A DNA stretch of 64,000 bases, from the NCBI GenBank assembly GCA_963827685.1, contig CAWHBU010000005.1:1-64000 (forward strand), given 5' to 3'. Below the pieces are notes generated by a model that ran no database searches, was not told the DNA's origin, and saw only the letters and a list, made by a program, of their open reading frames with translations. Every line of letters begins with the position of its first letter. Positions within the stretch are counted from its first letter, which is position 1. Source of the stretch: an uncultured delta proteobacterium (GTDB lineage Bacteria > Desulfobacterota > BSN033 > UBA1163). The position numbers were made by a program, and so were the translations under genes. Below, piece by piece: positions 29,008 to 39,611 of this stretch.

Positions 29008-29162
29008 AATCCTCTCCCACTGAGAGGAGAGCAATATTTTTGGTGATATTCTAAGTTGATTTTCTATATCATTCAGGGTTTTTAGACTTTCTCAGAGCTC
29101 TCCTTGAGGGGCTTCGTCGTATGGACGGGTTGGGAAAGCCGGGGAGGACCACCGGAGGGGGT

Positions 29163-29474
29163 TCAATGGAGGACGGAGTCTGGATCTTTTTGAATTCGGA
29201 AGGGACCTTCCCAAGGGTGCTGGATCTCCTCCACAAACCGATCTCGACAGCTTTTACAAACAACCAGAGTGATCTCTTCGTACACCTCTTTCTCCAACTC
29301 CTTGGGATCTAAATGTTCGGCTTGCTCGAGCAGCTCCTTCAATTGTTTATCAATCCCTTCCGCTGGTTCTGTAAGGATGCCGTCAAAGCCTGAGAACACC
29401 TTGATATGGACAACGTAAAACAAGCTACCTGGCTGGAGTCCTTTCCCACATCGAAAACAATTTCTCATTTCCAT
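29163..29474 (-). CDS. Small CxxC...CxxC hypothetical protein
   Basis: MEMRNCFRCG...VCKSCRDRF; GAGG RBS. Confidence 0.7.
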   Translation of the reverse strand: MEMRNCFRCGKGLQPGSLFYVVHIKVFSGFDGILTEPAEGIDKQLKELLEQAEHLDPKELEKEVYEEITLVVCKSCRDRFVEEIQHPWEGPFRIQKDPDSVLH

Positions 29475-29506
29475 CAGTCCCTCACTCTGATTCGGCTCCC
29501 AGCATT

Positions 29507-30814
29507 TTATCCTCCACTCCTCTTCTTCCACTCTTCCATCTCTTTCAGCGCCCGCTTCGCCAAAAGGAGTCGTTTCCCTCTGCCTCTGCTCTTCCCCGAT
29601 AAAGGAGGGAACAGACCGAAGTTGATGTTCATGGGCTGAAAGGGGGAGGCGAGGGAATGGGTGATGTAATGGACCAACGCACCCATGGCAGTCATAGGTG
29701 GGGGAATGAGGGCTGGCATGCCGCTCGCATATCGATGGGCATTGATCCCGGATAATAGCCCCATAGCGGTCGATTCCATGTACCCTTCTACCCCTGTAAT
29801 CTGTCCGGCGAAGAAGAGGTTCGGATGAGTCTTGAGTTGGAGGGACTCCCTCAGTAATCGAGGGGAATCGATAAAAGTATTGCAATGGACAGAACCCAGT
29901 CGAACAAATTCTGCCTTTTCTAACCCAGGAATCATTCGAAAGACCCTCCTTTGTTCCCCATGCTTCAATCGAGTTTGAAATCCTACTAAATTGAAAAGCG
30001 TTTCAAACCGATCCTCTTGCCTCAGTTGGACCACGGCAAAGGGTTGTTTCCCTGTCTTCGGATCGATGAGGCCCACCGGCTTGAGAGGCCCGTAAGCAAG
30101 CGTTTCCCTCCCCCGCTCGGCCATTTCTTCAATGGGAAGACATCCTTCAAAGAGATATCTCTTCTCAAAGGGTTGTATCGACACTTTTTCCGCGTGATTC
30201 AATGCCTCCACAAATTGCGTGTAGCCTTTCTCCTCCATCGGACAGTTGACATAGTCTTCTCCCCCTTTGCCATACCGAGAGGATTTGAAGGCCTTCTGAA
30301 AATTGATCGACTCAGCGGTGACGATGGGTGAGATGGCATCGTAGAAAAAAAGATGACGAATCCCCGTCACCTTCTGAATCTCCTTGCTCAACATTTCCGA
30401 AGTAAGTGGTCCTGTCGCAATAATCGTAGTTCCATCTTGAGGGATGAAAGAAACTTCTTTCCGAATCACCTCCACATTTTCCAAGTTTTCTAAGGCCTGA
30501 GTGATCTGTTTTGAAAAAACCTCTCGATCCACCGCTAAGGAATCGCCTGCTGGAACCTTTGCCTCCTTAGCGATTCTTAAAATAAGGGAGTCTAACTGTC
30601 TCATCTCTTCTTTCAGAACCCCCGAAGCATTTTCCAAGGATTCTGATTTAAAAGAATTACTGCAAACCAATTCCGCAAAGAAGGGAGACCGGTGGGCCGG
30701 AGAATAGACCTCGGGCTTCATCTCATAGAGGATGACATTCCCTCCTCTCTTGGCAATCTGCCAAGCCGCTTCACACCCTGCCAGCCCTGCACCAATGATG
30801 GTGATAGGTTCCAC
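29507..30814 (-). CDS. trmFO: Folate/FAD-dependent tRNA m5U54 methyltransferase
   Basis: GAGLAGCEAAWQ, ELVCSNS, FEGCLPIE and AGQITGVEGY motifs. Confidence 0.95.
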   Translation of the reverse strand: MEPITIIGAGLAGCEAAWQIAKRGGNVILYEMKPEVYSPAHRSPFFAELVCSNSFKSESLENASGVLKEEMRQLDSLILRIAKEAKVPAGDSLAVDREVFSKQITQALENLENVEVIRKEVSFIPQDGTTIIATGPLTSEMLSKEIQKVTGIRHLFFYDAISPIVTAESINFQKAFKSSRYGKGGEDYVNCPMEEKGYTQFVEALNHAEKVSIQPFEKRYLFEGCLPIEEMAERGRETLAYGPLKPVGLIDPKTGKQPFAVVQLRQEDRFETLFNLVGFQTRLKHGEQRRVFRMIPGLEKAEFVRLGSVHCNTFIDSPRLLRESLQLKTHPNLFFAGQITGVEGYMESTAMGLLSGINAHRYASGMPALIPPPMTAMGALVHYITHSLASPFQPMNINFGLFPPLSGKSRGRGKRLLLAKRALKEMEEWKKRSGG

Positions 30815-30922
30815 GGGTTTCTATTTTACGCCTTCCCACTCCGATTTGCAAAACAAAACTAAATTCGTCGCAAAGGGGTTTGCTTTTGACAATCCCTTTA
30901 AAAGGTTGTTACGATTATTTTT

Positions 30923-32230
30923 ATGAAGATCGAATTGATCGTTCCAGCGGTTGAAGAGAATGCTCGTGTCCCCAACCTTGCCCTGCCTATTCTTGCTGGC
31001 CTTTCTCCGACTGATGTCCAAGTTTCTTTCACCGATGACCTTTTGACTCCTATCGATGTAGAGAAAGGGCTGAAGGAGGTCGACCTGGTCGGTATCACGG
31101 TTCTATCTAAAACAGCCCTGAGGGCTTATGAAATCGCCGACGCTTACCGAAAGAAAGGAATACCCGTTGTTCTCGGCGGAATTCATCCCACAGCCCTTCC
31201 AGAAGAGGCCAAAGAACATGCCGATTCGGTCGTCCTGGGAGAAGCTGAAGAAATTTGGCCTCATCTCGTCGAGGATTTCAGAGCAAGAAATCTCAAGTCT
31301 TTTTACCGGCAGGACCGTTACACAGAATTATCAAAAATGCCAATGCCTCGGCGAGACATTCTCCCCAAGAGGGGATATCTTCCCCTGGATGTGGTCCAGG
31401 TGTCACGGGGATGCCCTTTTCGGTGTGAATTCTGCACCGTCCAGAAATTTTTTGGAGAAGCTTATCGGTTCAGACCCATCTCGGATGTCGTCGATGAGGT
31501 ATGCCATCTCCCTCACCGATGGATGATGTTCACCGATGATAATATTATTGGAAATCCTTCGTACTCTGTGGAGTTACTCAAGGCTTTAGTCCCTCTCAAG
31601 AAGAAATGGTTCGGCCAGGCCTCCTTATCTGGATTGAGGAAGGTCGAGAATGTGGAAGGACTGGCGAAGAGTGGCTGTATCAGTCTTTTCATCGGTTTCG
31701 AATCTCTTTCTAAAAAAACCCTGATGACGGCCCAAAAATTTCAGAATGATCCATCCGAGTACCGGGAAATCATTGAGTCCCTTCATCGATTTGGGATAGC
31801 CATCTGTGGAGCGTTCATCTTTGGATTTGATGAGGATGATCCTTCTGTATTTGAGGAAACGGTCTCTTTCGCCATTCAAACCAAACTCTTTTCGGCAGTC
31901 TTTATGATTCTCACTCCCTACCCAGAAACGACCTTTTACCATAGAGTGAAAAATGAGGGACGTTTGGTTCAGAATCAGTGGTGGTTGCTGGAAAAACCGG
32001 AGGATTCCGCTCCCCATTTCCTTCCGATGAAGATGAGTGGTGAGACACTCCGGGAGGGCTGGAAAAAGGCCTGGAAAGAGTTCTATTCTTTCCCTTCTAT
32101 TGGGAGACGATTCCACTGGGAATATTCACCGACCTTGATCAACCGAATCGGCTATTTCCCTTTTCAACTGATGCAGCACCGGTTCACAAAGAAAAAGATT
32201 CTTGAGGGCAGGCGAAGATATCGTGGATGA
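30923..32230 (+). CDS. B12-binding radical SAM protein
   Basis: GGIHPT cobalamin-binding domain; SRGCPFRCEFC. Confidence 0.92.
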   Translation: MKIELIVPAVEENARVPNLALPILAGLSPTDVQVSFTDDLLTPIDVEKGLKEVDLVGITVLSKTALRAYEIADAYRKKGIPVVLGGIHPTALPEEAKEHADSVVLGEAEEIWPHLVEDFRARNLKSFYRQDRYTELSKMPMPRRDILPKRGYLPLDVVQVSRGCPFRCEFCTVQKFFGEAYRFRPISDVVDEVCHLPHRWMMFTDDNIIGNPSYSVELLKALVPLKKKWFGQASLSGLRKVENVEGLAKSGCISLFIGFESLSKKTLMTAQKFQNDPSEYREIIESLHRFGIAICGAFIFGFDEDDPSVFEETVSFAIQTKLFSAVFMILTPYPETTFYHRVKNEGRLVQNQWWLLEKPEDSAPHFLPMKMSGETLREGWKKAWKEFYSFPSIGRRFHWEYSPTLINRIGYFPFQLMQHRFTKKKILEGRRRYRG

Positions 32231-32344
32231 AGTAATGTCAAATGTCAAAGTTCAAAGTTCAAATGAAATCAAAAACCCAAAGTGCAAAACATGGGGTCCA
32301 TGATTTGCGCATCATTTGTTTACTTGGGCTTTGGCGAGATCGGT

Positions 32345-34582
32345 TCATTCTGAAGCGCGATAGCCACATTCTTTCTTAGGACATCGCTTGGTGAGTCCGC
32401 CCTTCCCATGCTTCTCAACCAGGAAAGGGAAACCGCACTGGGGACATTTCTCTGGAATGGGTTTATCCCATAATGCATAAGTACAATTGGGGTAATTGGT
32501 ACAGCTGTAAAATGTTCTCCCCTTACGGGTCTTTCTTTCAACAATCGCCCCATCACATCCTTCCTGAGGACACCGAACGCCCGTATCCAGAGATCGGGTG
32601 AATTTACAGGTAGGGTAATTGGAGCAGGCCAGAAACCTCCCAAACTTTCCATTCTTGATGACCATTGGGCTTCCACATTTTTCACACTTCGCGTCGGTTT
32701 CCACTTGACTCTCTCCGTTTCCTTCCACTTCTCTCGTATAGCTACATTTGGGATAACTTGAGCAGGCCAAGAAATAACCTCTCTTCCCCCATCGTTTCAC
32801 CATCTTTGAACCACATCGTTCGCAAACGGCATCCGTGGGAATCAGTTCTCGCTTCACATCCCGCATGGAGATCTTGGCCATTTTCAGATCCTTCTCGAAA
32901 GGGACGTAGAACTCTTTCAATGTGTCCACCCAATCCTTTTGGCCCTCTTCAATCTTATCTAAATTCTCTTCCATTTGTGCGGTGAATTCGATATCAAAAA
33001 TATCGGGGAAATTGACGACCAGGAGGTCATTCACCAGACACCCCAATTCGGTGGGGAAGAACTTCCCTTTTTCTAAACGAACATACTCCTTTTCTTTGAT
33101 TGTAGCCAAAATGGTTGCATACGTAGAGGGTCTTCCAATTCCCTTCTCTTCCAATTCTTTGATCAGCGTCGCCTCAGAAAATCGGTAAGGGGGTTGGGTA
33201 AAATGCTGTTTGGGTGTGAGAGCTAATAGCTCCAGAACTTCCCCTTCCGAGAGCGATGGAAGTTTCTTTTCTCCATTGCCGTTCTCTTGGTTATCCTCTC
33301 CTTCCATATAGAGGGCCATGAAACCCTGGAAAACAGGAACCGTACCCACGGCTGTAAACATGGCCTCATCCGCTTTGATCTCAACGGTGGTTTGGAGAAA
33401 TTGTGCGGAAGGCATCTGAGAGGCAACGAACCGGTCCCAAATCAATTTATAAAGGGCCCATTGATCTTTATCCAAATAAGCCTTCACCTTATCCGGTTCC
33501 AAATCAATTGAAGTGGGCCGGATCGCCTCATGGGCCTCTTGGGCTCCTCTGCGGCTTTTATAGACATTGGGTTTAGGAGGAAGATAAGAATCCCCAAAGC
33601 GGTCTTTGATCCATCCCCTGACTTGTTGAATGGCCTCCGTAGCCACCCTGACCGAATCGGTCCTCATATAGGTAATCATTCCAACTATCCCGAGCTGACC
33701 GAGGTCTATTCCTTCGTATAACTTCTGGGCAATCCACATGGTCTTTTTGGCAGGGAAGGAAAGCTTTCGATAGGCTTCTTGTTGAAGTCGGCTGGTAATA
33801 AACGGAGGAAAAGGATGCCGTTGTTTTTCTTGCTGGACAATCTTTGAAACAGAATAAGGGACGCTTCCCAGGGCTTTCTGAATGGCCAAGGCTTCCGCCT
33901 CGTTGGCTATTTTTACCTTCCTCCCTTTCCATTTCGTCAATTTCGCATCGAAGGAGACCGGGGAGTCTTTTCCCTTTAGGTTCGCCGTCAGGCTCCAATA
34001 TTCCTCAGAGACGAAATCTTGAATCTCTCTTTCTCTCTCACACACGATTCGAACGGCAACGGATTGAACCCGACCCGCACTCAGACCTCGACGGACCTTC
34101 TCCCAAAGAATGGGGCTGACCTGATAGCCGACCAGCCGATCCAGAATCCGCCTTGCCTGCTGGGCTTCATATTTGGATTGCTGTAACTTCCCAGGGTGAC
34201 GGATGGCATCCAGGACCGCCTTTTGGGTGATTTCATTGAAAAGAACCCGGTAAATATTTTTATTCCCGTTTCCAATCTCCTCCGCAATGTGCCAGGCGAT
34301 CGCTTCCCCTTCGCGATCCGGATCTGGCCCGAGGTAGATATTCTTCACCTCTTTGCTGGCCTTCTTCAATTCCCGAATGATCTTCGCTTTCCCGGAGATG
34401 GTAACATATTCGGGTCGAAAATCTTTTTCAAGATCCACTCCCAGCTCACCCTCTGGAAGGTCTTTAATATGTCCCACGGAGGCCTTGATGACATAATCCC
34501 CCCCTAAAAATTTTTGAATGGTTTTTACCTTCGCGGGGGATTCTACAACAATCAAACCTTTTGACATTCTCTTCTGCTCCAA
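32345..34582 (-). CDS. topA: DNA topoisomerase I
   Basis: VESPAK, DPDREGEAI, SAGRVQS, ITYMRTDS, C-terminal Zn ribbons. Confidence 0.97.
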   Translation of the reverse strand: MEQKRMSKGLIVVESPAKVKTIQKFLGGDYVIKASVGHIKDLPEGELGVDLEKDFRPEYVTISGKAKIIRELKKASKEVKNIYLGPDPDREGEAIAWHIAEEIGNGNKNIYRVLFNEITQKAVLDAIRHPGKLQQSKYEAQQARRILDRLVGYQVSPILWEKVRRGLSAGRVQSVAVRIVCEREREIQDFVSEEYWSLTANLKGKDSPVSFDAKLTKWKGRKVKIANEAEALAIQKALGSVPYSVSKIVQQEKQRHPFPPFITSRLQQEAYRKLSFPAKKTMWIAQKLYEGIDLGQLGIVGMITYMRTDSVRVATEAIQQVRGWIKDRFGDSYLPPKPNVYKSRRGAQEAHEAIRPTSIDLEPDKVKAYLDKDQWALYKLIWDRFVASQMPSAQFLQTTVEIKADEAMFTAVGTVPVFQGFMALYMEGEDNQENGNGEKKLPSLSEGEVLELLALTPKQHFTQPPYRFSEATLIKELEEKGIGRPSTYATILATIKEKEYVRLEKGKFFPTELGCLVNDLLVVNFPDIFDIEFTAQMEENLDKIEEGQKDWVDTLKEFYVPFEKDLKMAKISMRDVKRELIPTDAVCERCGSKMVKRWGKRGYFLACSSYPKCSYTREVEGNGESQVETDAKCEKCGSPMVIKNGKFGRFLACSNYPTCKFTRSLDTGVRCPQEGCDGAIVERKTRKGRTFYSCTNYPNCTYALWDKPIPEKCPQCGFPFLVEKHGKGGLTKRCPKKECGYRASE

Positions 34583-34671
34583 AGATTCAAAATAAAGTGT
34601 TAGTGATCTGTGTCAGTGTTAATACAAAAAACTTATTTTAAAACAATTACTGTTACTATTCACTACAACCA

Positions 34672-35772
34672 TCACATTTTCTTAGTGAAACATTTGCCTG
34701 GCCACTGTGAGATCAACCCTTTTAATTCCAAATTCAGAAGGAGACTGGAGACTTTTCCCGGATCCCATTGGCTCTCCCGTATGACGGCATCGATATGCAG
34801 TGGCGTCTCCCCTAAAAGTCCATAGAGAATCTTTTCCTCCTCCGTAAGACCGGGAACCGGACTCTCTGCTTTTTGAACCGTCTCCCCTTCCCTTCTCCAT
34901 TGGGGCAATATTTCTTCAAGAATGTCTTCACTGGACTCCACCAATTTTGCACCTTCTTTGATCAACCGATTCGTGCCACGACTGCCCTCGGCTCCGACAT
35001 TCCCTGGTACGGCAAAGACTTCTCTCCCTTGCTCTAACGCAAAGTTAGCGGTGATAAGCGAGCCACTATCTGCACTTGCCTGGACGATGACCACTCCAAT
35101 GGAAAGACCGCTGATGATCCGATTTCTTCTCGGGAAGTGTCCTCCCTCGGGAGGCGACGCCATCGGAAATTCGGAAAGGATAGCCCCCTGTTCGATGATT
35201 TGATAAAAGAGATTCCGATTTTCAGAAGGATAGATCACATCCACGCCGCAACCGAGCACTGCAATCGTTCTCCCTTCTCCCTGGAGCGCCCCCTTGTGGG
35301 CCACGGAATCGATGCCCCTCGCCATTCCGCTGACAACAGTGATCCCGTGGCGGGCAAGATCCTCGCCTATCTTTTCTGTGATCCACCTCCCATAGGGAGA
35401 GGTTTTTCGACTCCCGACAATGGCAATGGCCAACTCATCCTCTCTTCTCAATTGTCCCCTGAGATAAAGCAGTGCAGGAGGGTCGTAAATATCCTTCAAA
35501 CGCCTCGGATAATCATCGTTCTTTAAAGTAACAATCTTTCCTCCCACCTCTTCCAATAAAGACAACTCCCTTTTCACCACTTTTTCCAGTGGGCCTTTTT
35601 TGATTTCACCCGCCACCTTTTTCCCCAACCCCTCAATTTTCAGTAACTCTTTCAGTGAAGCGCGGAAGACGGCTTCCGGAGTCTTGAATCGGTCTAAGAG
35701 CCGTTTGATGAGAATACTCCCAACGCCAGGGGTGAGGCTTAAGGCCAACCAACAAAAAATATCTTCGGTCAT
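34672..35772 (-). CDS. dprA: DNA processing protein DprA
   Basis: IVGSR, SGMARGID and FPRRNRIISG motifs; likely start MTEDIF, as the longer ORF runs through repeats. Confidence 0.95.
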   Translation of the reverse strand: MTEDIFCWLALSLTPGVGSILIKRLLDRFKTPEAVFRASLKELLKIEGLGKKVAGEIKKGPLEKVVKRELSLLEEVGGKIVTLKNDDYPRRLKDIYDPPALLYLRGQLRREDELAIAIVGSRKTSPYGRWITEKIGEDLARHGITVVSGMARGIDSVAHKGALQGEGRTIAVLGCGVDVIYPSENRNLFYQIIEQGAILSEFPMASPPEGGHFPRRNRIISGLSIGVVIVQASADSGSLITANFALEQGREVFAVPGNVGAEGSRGTNRLIKEGAKLVESSEDILEEILPQWRREGETVQKAESPVPGLTEEEKILYGLLGETPLHIDAVIRESQWDPGKVSSLLLNLELKGLISQWPGKCFTKKM

Positions 35773-35825
35773 AAAGATCCTCAGGTGAGAGCGTACTCTA
35801 TCGACTGAAGCTGGGCCAGGTGATG

Positions 35826-35956
35826 GAGCCACACGGACAAGTCCGTGATACCTCCGTGATGAAATTCCCGCCTGCGCCAACCTGCCCGCCGAACAAGCCA
35901 GTCTGCGGAAAGCAGGTTCTTTCGCAGGCGGGGTTTTCGGCGGGTTATCCGCCGGT
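35826..35956. repeat. Cluster of palindromic REP-like units upstream of dprA
   Basis: CACGGACAAGTCCGTG; CCCGCCTGCG...CGCAGGCGGG; CGGCGGGTTATCCGCCG. Confidence 0.6.
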
Positions 35957-36167
35957 AGGTGACATCCCCGTAGCACTTAGGCTCGCATTCATGCACGGGT
36001 AAACCCATCGCCTTCTATAAACGCGGATAAAAAAGGGCTCGGGAGACAAAAGAAGATCTCCAAAGCCCAGATAAATATCCCGATCACCAAACCCCAAATA
36101 GGTGCCAATGATTTGATGATGGGTGTTTGGAGTTTAGTTGTTACGATAACGATTCAGTGCGTTGATG

Positions 36168-37046
36168 TTATTTTCCTGCTACACCCTCCATTTTTTCTTT
36201 GGAATAAGGTTGGACAAAATCCCCTACCATAATGGCATCGAAGGATTCAATGACCTTTGCTGTAAAGAAACTGCCATATTGGTCAATGAGTTGAATATTT
36301 CCTATGATGTTAAACTTTCTTCCAATCCTCTTTTCAGTAATGGGATGTCTTATCTCCTCCGCAGCACGAAAGACCGTATATTTGTTTCCGATCAGAATAG
36401 GTTCTGAGGTTTTGAAGGTTATATAAAGGATATCGCCTGCCGCCATGAGGTTTTTACCTTCCTTACTCTCCAAAACGATCCCGATTCCGCGATACTCGAT
36501 ATCGCTCATAAACCCTGCGGATCGAATTTCACGAAAGTAAACACGTTTTTCCTCAACCGGGACGGGCTTCTCTTCCTCCAGAATAGGTTCTTCCTCCTCC
36601 GGGGTAGGTTTCACCGCCTCTGGGATAGGTTTCACCTCCCCAACTGTCTCTGGTTTCTTCTCTGTTGGAGTTGGCTCTACCTTTTTGGCCTCTGGCTCTT
36701 TCACCGCCTCTTTGGGCTTTTCTTCGACCGCTTTAGGCTTCTCCTCGACCACCTTCTTAGGTTCCTCTTTAGGTTCCTCTTTCTTCGCCGGCTCAATGGC
36801 AGTCAGTCGGACGGGGTTTCCTGGATAGATCCAGTGGGGGTCGGTAATATAAGGATTTCTCTCCCACAATTTTGGCCAAAGAAAAGGATCTTTCAAAAAT
36901 CTGGAGGAGATATCCCACAGCGTATCTCCCTTTTTGATGGTATAAACGCCTTCCGTTTCTTTTGTTTCCTGTGTCAAACCTGGAAGAACAAAACAGAAGG
37001 AGAGCATCAAAATCATGGCAAAAAAGAAACCTACTATTCTTTTCAT
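36168..37046 (-). CDS. LysM peptidoglycan-binding protein with a Pro/Glu/Lys-rich linker
   Basis: [13 protein letters not shown]...[15 protein letters not shown]; conserved position upstream of dprA. Confidence 0.9.
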   Translation of the reverse strand: MKRIVGFFFAMILMLSFCFVLPGLTQETKETEGVYTIKKGDTLWDISSRFLKDPFLWPKLWERNPYITDPHWIYPGNPVRLTAIEPAKKEEPKEEPKKVVEEKPKAVEEKPKEAVKEPEAKKVEPTPTEKKPETVGEVKPIPEAVKPTPEEEEPILEEEKPVPVEEKRVYFREIRSAGFMSDIEYRGIGIVLESKEGKNLMAAGDILYITFKTSEPILIGNKYTVFRAAEEIRHPITEKRIGRKFNIIGNIQLIDQYGSFFTAKVIESFDAIMVGDFVQPYSKEKMEGVAGK

Positions 37047-37148
37047 AATTACCTCCTCCTCTTCAAAAACTGTATTGTGAGCTTTATAAAAACAAAACTT
37101 ATTTAAAAATTAGCCCCTTATCATTATTTTGTCAAGAAGATTATATAA

Positions 37149-37165
37149 AGCAATATCCATACCAA
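37149..37165 (-). promoter_or_regulatory. Sigma54 promoter of the LysM gene
   Basis: TTGGTATggataTTGCT (GG-N10-GC). Confidence 0.6.
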
Positions 37166-37438
37166 ACCTCACTCTATCCTTTTTAATTAGCTAAAAATAT
37201 TGGAATTTCTTGGAAATGAGAAAAGGAATCTACTTGTCCTGCCCACGGGGGGTGGATGGTTTTTGTTCAAATCTTTCATATTTTTGAACAAATTTTAACC
37301 TTTTGAAACAGTAGAGGGCCGTAAATGTGATCCCAAATCCGTTCCACCCGGCCCGAAAAGCATTAAGAAACTATTGGGGTAGACAAGAATAGGCAACTCA
37401 ATTGACAGACGAACTCATTCCATGATAATTAAACTCAG

Positions 37439-37614
37439 CCGTTCGACTCCCCAGCCTAATGGCTTGGGCTCGCTCATGGTTGACCCTGCACTTTGATAGA
37501 TTCAGTGTTCAGAGCCCTTCGGCCTCGATCTCAGGGCCGAGAGGCCTGCCGAAGGAAGCAACGCTATTCTACTCGGCCTTCAAAGACAGGGCTTGAGACC
37601 GTCGAACGGGTCAA
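37439..37614. repeat. Composite palindromic element bounded by CCGTTCGAC...GTCGAACGG
   Basis: Terminal IR plus internal hairpins. Confidence 0.55.
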
Positions 37615-37641
37615 TCTGTTTTCTATCTCGATGTCCAGTCT

Positions 37642-38373
37642 ATGAACCTTCTCCCTTCAACGAATGAAACATTAGATACGTTCTTCAATGGAAAACTCCA
37701 AATCATTCAAAAGAAAAGGGGGTACCGATTCTCCGTCGATGCCATCCTCCTCAGTCAATTCGTCAGAATTCAAAAAAATGAAAGAGTGATCGATTTGGGA
37801 ACAGGCTGTGGAATTTTACCCCTGCTATTATCATATACTACAAAAGCTCACTCCTTTGTCGGCGTCGAAATACAAAAGGGATTGGCCGACTGTGCAAAAG
37901 GAAATGTCGTCTTGAATCATCTCGAAGACCGGATATCCATTCTTAAGCAGGATTTTAGAGAGTTGAGAGGGACCTTCCCAACGGGTTCTTTCGATGTCGC
38001 CCTCTCTAACCCACCCTATCGAAAATATCGGACTGGCAGGATCAACCCCTCGATGGAGAAGGCGATCGCACGCCATGAGATCAAAGGAACGCTTGAAGAC
38101 CTGATCTCTATGACCTCCTACCTGCTCACCCCCAAGGGAAGATTCACCATGATTTTTCCAGCCTCAAGAACCGTCGATCTATTTGTTGCCTTGAGAGACG
38201 AAAGGTTGGAGCCAAAGCGACTGCAGTTCGTTCATCCTCGCACGGGGAATGAAGCAAAATTCATCCTCATCGAATCCATCAAAACCAGCGGTGCGGAATT
38301 GAAGATCATGGACCCCTTGATACTTCATGAATCTCACAAAGGGAGCAGCCTTAGCCCTTCATTAAGAAGATAA
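37642..38373 (+). CDS. tRNA1(Val) A37 N6-methyltransferase (TrmN6/YfiC-like)
   Basis: GYRFSVDA, DLGTGCG, NPPY and ARHE motifs. Confidence 0.88.
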   Translation: MNLLPSTNETLDTFFNGKLQIIQKKRGYRFSVDAILLSQFVRIQKNERVIDLGTGCGILPLLLSYTTKAHSFVGVEIQKGLADCAKGNVVLNHLEDRISILKQDFRELRGTFPTGSFDVALSNPPYRKYRTGRINPSMEKAIARHEIKGTLEDLISMTSYLLTPKGRFTMIFPASRTVDLFVALRDERLEPKRLQFVHPRTGNEAKFILIESIKTSGAELKIMDPLILHESHKGSSLSPSLRR

Positions 38374-38417
38374 AAAGTTTTGACAATATCCCCTGAATAG
38401 GATAATAATTTTGTCAT

Positions 38418-39437
38418 ATGGATCATGTAAATAGTGCGCCTTGCCTCATAAAAGAAAAGGCATCCCCTCTGGAGACCGTCCTCGAATGCATTGGGGATGA
38501 TCTAGAAAAAGTGGATCGAGAGTTTCGGAAGAACTTGAGATCCAATGTCCCCATGATCTCTGCAATTGGAGAATATCTCTTGCTCAGCGGTGGGAAGCGG
38601 CTCAGAGCTAAACTCCTCTTACTTTCATCCAAATTGTGTGGCTATCGCGGAGATTTTCACATTTCCATGGCCAGCCTTATCGAATTTATCCATACCGCCA
38701 CCTTGCTCCATGACGATGTGGTAGATAGGGCTCAGTTACGACGGGGCATCGACTCCGCCAATGCCAAATGGGGAAATGAGGCGTGTGTTCTCGTCGGAGA
38801 CTTTCTCTTTACGAAATGTTTTTCTCTTTTAGTGCAAAGTGGGAACTGGAAAATCCTCGAAACCGTTTCCAAAGCAACGACCATCATGGCCGAAGGAGAG
38901 TTAGAGGAATTGATCAAAACCAACGACCTCTCTCTGACGGAGGACGACTACCTTTCGATCATCACTCGCAAGACTGCATCTCTTATTTCAGCCGCTACAC
39001 AGATTGGCGCCATTCTTGGACATGTATCAGAAGAAAAAGAAAAGGCATTGTCCGAGTTCGGGATGAATGTTGGTGTCGCCTTCCAACTCATTGATGATCA
39101 TCTCGATTACACTTCCAACGAAGAGGAATTTGGAAAGAAGATCGGGATTGACCTCCACGATGGTAAGATTACCCTCCCCCTGATCTCCATACTTCATCAT
39201 TGCAATCAGGAGGAGAAAGCTTTTATTCGAGAAACGGTCGTCTCCAATCCCATTACCAAAGACACCTTCTTCCGGGTGGTGGAGATCATCAAACGATATC
39301 ACGGGATCCAATACACCTGGGAAAAAGCCCGGGGATATGTCGAAAGGGCAAAGGATCATCTTCACCTCTTCCCAAATTCAAAAGAGAAAGAAGCCCTCTA
39401 TGCCTTGGCCGATTACGTACTGGAAAGGAAGTTGTGA
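38418..39437 (+). CDS. ispB: Polyprenyl diphosphate synthase
   Basis: GGKRLR, LLHDDVVD and FQLIDD motifs. Confidence 0.9.
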   Translation: MDHVNSAPCLIKEKASPLETVLECIGDDLEKVDREFRKNLRSNVPMISAIGEYLLLSGGKRLRAKLLLLSSKLCGYRGDFHISMASLIEFIHTATLLHDDVVDRAQLRRGIDSANAKWGNEACVLVGDFLFTKCFSLLVQSGNWKILETVSKATTIMAEGELEELIKTNDLSLTEDDYLSIITRKTASLISAATQIGAILGHVSEEKEKALSEFGMNVGVAFQLIDDHLDYTSNEEEFGKKIGIDLHDGKITLPLISILHHCNQEEKAFIRETVVSNPITKDTFFRVVEIIKRYHGIQYTWEKARGYVERAKDHLHLFPNSKEKEALYALADYVLERKL

Positions 39438-39484
39438 AAGATTTTAGATTGCAGATTGCAGATTTTAAGGTTATAAGAAAGTAA

Positions 39485-39580
39485 ACCCCGTCAGAAATTC
39501 CAGTGAGGTATTAGACCCCGCCGAAATTATTTAAAATGTAACTTTGCTGCAGAGAAGCGAGGCATTATTTCTAACGGGGT
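39485..39580. mobile_element. MITE-like element with ACCCCGTYAGAAAT...ATTTCTAACGGGGT ends; a short relative lies at ~22181-22228
   Basis: Terminal inverted repeats related to the 28941 and 40690 elements. Confidence 0.55.
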
Positions 39581-39611
39581 AAAATTAACACAGAAAGCAA
39601 GGGAGTGGAAA

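Noticed and set aside
35773-35976. N-terminal extension of DprA (and similar extensions of ORFs 24585-25094 and 29163-29885)
   Set aside because: The extensions read through palindromic repeats or an overlapping gene; family similarity starts at the downstream ATG.
37535-37565. SRP RNA (GCCGAAGGAAGCAAC resembles the domain IV motif)
   Set aside because: Lacks the CAGG..GGAA..AGCAG symmetric loop context and lies inside a composite palindromic repeat.
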